From: Gemmatimonadota bacterium
GTDB lineage: Bacteria; Gemmatimonadota; Gemmatimonadetes; Gemmatimonadales; GWC2-71-9
Length of the DNA stretch: 60,720 nt
Reading direction: 5' to 3'
Assembly (NCBI GenBank): GCA_022566515.1
Contig: JADFIT010000004.1
Span: 1 to 60,720 of the forward strand
The notes under the pieces: generated by a model
Database searches by the model: none
What the model saw: the letters and a program-made list of their open reading frames with translations, nothing else
Told to the model about the DNA's origin: nothing
Made by a program: the position numbers and the translations under genes
In this document: positions 57,278-60,720 of the stretch, one piece after another
Numbering within the stretch: the stretch's first letter is position 1
Layout: each line of letters starts with the position of its first letter

Positions 57278-58957
57278 GTGCAGTTCGAAATCAACTCGGA
57301 TAAATGTGTGGCCTGCCTCGCGTGTGTCCGGGCGTGTCCGGCCGGGGCGGTGGCGGTGGAGGAAACGGACGTTGAGATCATCGACGACGCGTGCATTCAA
57401 TGCGGGGCGTGCGTTCCCGCGTGTCCGCACGACGCCATTGACGTTCGGGGAGACTTTAGCCGAGCGCTGGAGTTGGCCGTCGCGGGCGACGCCATACTGA
57501 TTCTGAGCGTCGAGGCCGAGATCCACTTCTACCCCCACACGCCGGAACAGATGGTGAACGCGTGCTATCGCGCGGGTTTCGGTATTGTCTACCGCGGTGT
57601 CTTGGGCGACGAGTTGGTGGCGGAAGGCTATCAGAGGCTTTGGGAAAAGGGTGGTTGGGGAACGATGATCCGGTCCAGTTGTCCGGTCGTCGTCGAAACC
57701 GTTCGGCGCGAATATCCCGACCTCGTTCCCTATTTGGCTCCTGTTCAAACCCCTGTGCAGGCAGAGGCCGGTTACATTCGGGCTAAACACGGGTCCGATG
57801 TGAAGGTGGTCTACGCCGGCGTCTGTATCACCGAGGGGGGTGAGGCGGTGGATGCGGCCATTACGCTGCATGAACTCGATGAACTGCTTCGCACCCGCCG
57901 GGTGGACGTGGCGAAGGAGGCACCGTTCTTCGACCGGATCCCCGAAGAGCGGAGGCGCCACATCAGTGCGGCGGGTGGGTTGCCCCTGCGGGTGCTGCAG
58001 GAGGAGCGCCACTCCAGCCGCCGATTCCGGAAGCTGCGGGGGCTGGGCCATCTGCCCATGATCGCTCGGGCGGTCACGGTGGACGAGATCGACCTGGGGT
58101 TTGTGGACCTGCTGCCTTGTGAGGGGTGTCTGGACCACCCCCTCCTGGGGCCAGCCGAGGAGTTGTACTACCGGAGGAAGGTGCAGGCGTCTCTGGAGCC
58201 ACCCCGGAGCCCGGAGCCGGTTTTGGAGCCCGACATCGAGGTGGACGTACGGGCCAAGTTCGAAGCGGCGGTCAACGGGCGGGAGAGCGTTGGTGAGGAG
58301 CAGATCGCCGCTGTCATCCAGCGGATCGGGACTGCTCCAGGTGGGCACCATTGGGACTGTGGCGCCTGTGGATTCGGCACCTGCCGCGAGTTCGCCGTGT
58401 CTCAGGTCAAGGGGCGGGCCGACCTCCGGCAATGCCCGCCATATCAGGAGCGAAAGGCTCGGCAAGCCCAGGAGGAGGCCGCGGTGGACGAGCTGACGGG
58501 GCTCGCCACTTTCCGAGTGTTGCGGGACAGTCTGCAGCAGGAGGTGGCGCGAGCGCGCCGGACTGAGGTCTCGTTTGCCGTGCTGTTCATTGATCTGGAC
58601 AACTTCAAAAACGTCAACGACCGGTACGGCCATGAAGAGGGCAACGAGGTGCTGAAGTTGGCGGCCGGGGTCATGGGGAGGACGGTGCGGGGTACTGATA
58701 TGGCGGCCCGCTATGGCGGTGATGAGTTCGTAGTCTTGCTCATCGGGACCGACCTGCATGGCGCCCAGAAGGTGGGGGAGCAGATCCGCCATGCGGTCGA
58801 GATGGCCGGCACGCGAGCCGGATATCCGGCGGGGATGGTGACGGTGTCGATCGGGGCTGCCCAATTCGACCTCAAGGACGACGACCCAGAGGTTCTGCAG
58901 CTTGCGGACAGGTCTTTGTACGAAGCCAAGGGTTCGGGCGGCAACCGGGTTATCTGA
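57278..58957 (+). CDS. Diguanylate cyclase fused to 2x[4Fe-4S] ferredoxin, [FeFe]-hydrogenase-like and Cys-rich FeS domains
   Basis: CVACLACVRACP, CIQCGACVPACP; RSSCPVV, GVC, PCEGC; DCGACGFGTC..CP; DELTGL, DLDNFK.VND.YGH, RGTD, RYGGDEF. Confidence 0.9.
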   Translation: MQFEINSDKCVACLACVRACPAGAVAVEETDVEIIDDACIQCGACVPACPHDAIDVRGDFSRALELAVAGDAILILSVEAEIHFYPHTPEQMVNACYRAGFGIVYRGVLGDELVAEGYQRLWEKGGWGTMIRSSCPVVVETVRREYPDLVPYLAPVQTPVQAEAGYIRAKHGSDVKVVYAGVCITEGGEAVDAAITLHELDELLRTRRVDVAKEAPFFDRIPEERRRHISAAGGLPLRVLQEERHSSRRFRKLRGLGHLPMIARAVTVDEIDLGFVDLLPCEGCLDHPLLGPAEELYYRRKVQASLEPPRSPEPVLEPDIEVDVRAKFEAAVNGRESVGEEQIAAVIQRIGTAPGGHHWDCGACGFGTCREFAVSQVKGRADLRQCPPYQERKARQAQEEAAVDELTGLATFRVLRDSLQQEVARARRTEVSFAVLFIDLDNFKNVNDRYGHEEGNEVLKLAAGVMGRTVRGTDMAARYGGDEFVVLLIGTDLHGAQKVGEQIRHAVEMAGTRAGYPAGMVTVSIGAAQFDLKDDDPEVLQLADRSLYEAKGSGGNRVI

Positions 58958-58997
58958 CCAATTGAACGATGGAAGCATCCAGCCAAGTGGGAGAGAC

Positions 58998-59747
58998 GTG
59001 AAAGCCAAGAAAGACGATCCCGAGCAGGCATCGGCAGGCGAAGCGCAGGTTCCCCTTCGCAAGGCTCAGAGCGAGGCTCAGGCCGATCCTTGGGGGATAA
59101 GGCGGGCGGAGGTGTTGCTGGCCAGCCTCACGGGGGTGCTTTCTGCCAGGGTCGTGACGACACCGACCGGAGAGATTACGGAGGTCCACATACTGACGGA
59201 GGCCGGCCTCACGCCGAAGCAGACGGTGCGCAACGTCGAGAGCGCTCTGCTGGCCCAGCTCGGGATCAAGCTCGATCACCGGAAGATCAGCGTGGCGCAG
59301 ACTGCCGATGTCCTGCCCCTCGAGGCGATGGAAGACCGGGCGGTTCTGGAGAGGGCTAGAAGGCGGGGGGTCGTGTTCCGTAGGGTGGAGGTGACTCCGA
59401 CGAGCACTCAGCATAGGGTGACCGTCACCGTCACCATGGAGCGGGACGGGGAAGAGCTGGTGGCCCAGCAGGAGGCTGGGGACGCCGCCAAGATGCGCCT
59501 GGTGGCGGCCGCCCGGGCGTCTGTATCGATCTTGGACATCATGGTTGCCGGCGGTACCATCGACCTGGCCGGGGCTCAGCTCGTCGAGGCCTTCGACACC
59601 CGTTTGGCGTTCGTTGGGATCCACGTGCTGCAAGGCCGTGATGCCAGGCTACATGTGGGGACGTGTGAGGTGAAGGGGAGCGTGGAGCAGGCAGGGGCCC
59701 TGGCCGTCCTCGACGCGACCAACCGCTGGCTCACCTCGATGCTGTAG
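58998..59747 (+). CDS. Hypothetical cytoplasmic protein
   Basis: Clean ORF with GGGAGAG RBS before GTG 58998; motif-like EVHIL..PKQTVRNVESAL..LDHRKISVAQ and AVLDATNR. Confidence 0.8.
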   Translation: MKAKKDDPEQASAGEAQVPLRKAQSEAQADPWGIRRAEVLLASLTGVLSARVVTTPTGEITEVHILTEAGLTPKQTVRNVESALLAQLGIKLDHRKISVAQTADVLPLEAMEDRAVLERARRRGVVFRRVEVTPTSTQHRVTVTVTMERDGEELVAQQEAGDAAKMRLVAAARASVSILDIMVAGGTIDLAGAQLVEAFDTRLAFVGIHVLQGRDARLHVGTCEVKGSVEQAGALAVLDATNRWLTSML

Positions 59748-59764
59748 CGAAGCTGGACAGCGGT

Positions 59765-59793
59765 TTGACAAAAACGCCATAACTTCCCACATT
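59765..59793 (+). promoter_or_regulatory. Putative sigma70 promoter for the leader / small peptide / sensor unit
   Basis: TTGACA-N17-CACATT. Confidence 0.45.
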
Positions 59794-59796
59794 GGT

Positions 59797-59822
59797 CACC
59801 CCTTACGCGAGGGGTGTTTTCT
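59797..59822 (+). terminator. Intrinsic terminator after the hypothetical gene
   Basis: CACCCCT-tacgcg-AGGGGTG followed by TTTTCT. Confidence 0.55.
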
Positions 59823-59838
59823 AACTACAAGAGTCACA

Positions 59839-60048
59839 GCGTCTTAGCCATCTTCGGGAATGGTTGCGGCGCCTTCAGCGTCTTTACCCTTCTTGAGAAC
59901 AAGGATACTTAAGGAAAAGGGGGTGCCCCGGTTCGGAGTTACCAGCAATAGCGTAGCGGAGCGAATCCAGCTGTAGGAGCGAAGCGTCAGGGTGTGCCGT
60001 AGCGAGGCATGCCACTTCTCGAAACGCCTAGAGGCATGTGAGGAGGTG
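59839..60048 (+). ncRNA. Candidate structured 5' leader RNA (family unknown)
   Basis: Several consecutive stems, including a cUUCGg hairpin and an anti-Shine-Dalgarno pairing. Confidence 0.3.
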
Positions 60049-60054
60049 ACGCTC

Positions 60055-60114
60055 GTGGATTCGATCATTGAGTTCTTGTGCCGTTTGTTTTTGCACGGTA
60101 CCGTTTCCTGGTAA
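60055..60114 (+). CDS. Putative 19-aa peptide MDSIIEFLCRLFLHGTVSW
   Basis: AGGAGGT 7 nt upstream of GTG; TAA at 60112-14; too short for the supplied ORF track. Confidence 0.6.
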   Translation: MDSIIEFLCRLFLHGTVSW

Positions 60115-60147
60115 GCTTCACCGGGGTTTTCTCCCTCTCCCCAAAAC

Positions 60148-60720
60148 GTGAAAATCCGGCCGCCGAGCATCAATTTCTACGTCTTCGCGATGTGTGGTAT
60201 TGCAGCATTCCTGTTGCTGCAAGCCGAGTGGCTGGTGTCGGGAGAACTGTTAAGCGCAGCTGCAACGGTATTGCTCATTGCGGTGGTCTCTGAGGCGGGA
60301 TCAGTTCGACTTGGCCTTGGCACCACCACGAGTTCAATCGCTTTCATTCCATTCTTCGCCGCCATAGTGTTGGTGGGCCCGGCCTGGGCGATGGCTGTTG
60401 GTGGTTTGACGCTATTCATTTCTAGTTTCCTGTTCAAACGAAAGCCCCTCGTGAAGGTGGCGTTCAATACTGCCAAGGAGGTTGTCGCAGTTGGTGCCAG
60501 CGGGGGCATCTACGTATTGCTCGGGGGTGTTCCGTCGCTGGGTGAATTCGCGCCGGCGATCCCTGCGTTCGCTGCGGCGGCGTTGATCTACTTCCCGCTC
60601 GACCAAGGCCTCCCGGCTATTGCAATTGCCCTCAGCACGAAAACGCGGCTGCGGGAAGCTTGGGGTCGGCTGGCTACTGGTCATCAGCTTTTGGATCTGG
60701 GCGCCAGCGCTGTAGCGTTG
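60148..60720 (+). CDS. Polytopic membrane sensor N-terminus (MASE9-like; possibly an HD-GYP or GGDEF protein), truncated by the window edge
   Basis: Open frame from GTG 60148 to the end: ..SSIAFIPFFAAIVLVGP..KRKPLVKVAFNTA..IYVLLGG..; at least 5 TM helices; output domain not in the window. Confidence 0.7.
   Translation, partial: MKIRPPSINFYVFAMCGIAAFLLLQAEWLVSGELLSAAATVLLIAVVSEAGSVRLGLGTTTSSIAFIPFFAAIVLVGPAWAMAVGGLTLFISSFLFKRKPLVKVAFNTAKEVVAVGASGGIYVLLGGVPSLGEFAPAIPAFAAAALIYFPLDQGLPAIAIALSTKTRLREAWGRLATGHQLLDLGASAVAL

Noticed and set aside
59920-59945. GGAGTTACC resembling the 3' end of a c-di-GMP-I riboswitch
   Set aside because: The conserved GGCAAA, GAAA tetraloop and GACGCAAA elements are absent.
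1-60720. CRISPR arrays, rRNA/tRNA genes, transposases, prophage genes
   Set aside because: No regularly spaced repeats, RNA gene signatures or mobile-element proteins recognised by eye; tRNAscan/Infernal not run.

Overview
A GC-rich bacterial chromosomal window with no rRNA, tRNA or CRISPR that I can see. Gene content suggests an FCB-group organism, most likely Gemmatimonadota (inference). In order it holds: M24 peptidase, ctaA, nadC, lptG/lptF, a 2,065-aa SprA/Sov-like protein coupled to an M28 glutaminyl-cyclase-like lipoprotein, and comEA. Next comes a ~30 kb type IVa pilus region: pilB-T-C, an opposite-strand lysAC insertion, pilS-R, a methyltransferase/GT2/four GT-C glycosylation block with two TMTC-like genes, two pilins with duplicated sigma54 promoters, pilVWX-like genes, pilMNOPQ, and a frameshift-split Ig-like/beta-propeller lipoprotein. 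Housekeeping genes follow (aroC, aroK, topA, trmFO, xerC, hslVU, argF, gcvT, MogA/MoaB). The window ends in a signalling block. The two best candidates for undescribed systems are as follows. (1) A c-di-GMP module: pseudo-receiver sigma54 activator, sigma54 promoter, diguanylate cyclase fused to ferredoxin and degenerate [FeFe]-hydrogenase domains, an unknown protein, a structured RNA leader, an unannotated 19-aa peptide ending in Trp, and a polytopic membrane sensor. The MshEN motif of PilB is a plausible c-di-GMP target. (2) A TMTC-like protein O-glycosylation pathway beside exported proteins rich in the Bacteroidota-type D-(S/T)-(A/I/L/V/M/T) sequon. All calls come from reading motifs by eye; no searches were run.
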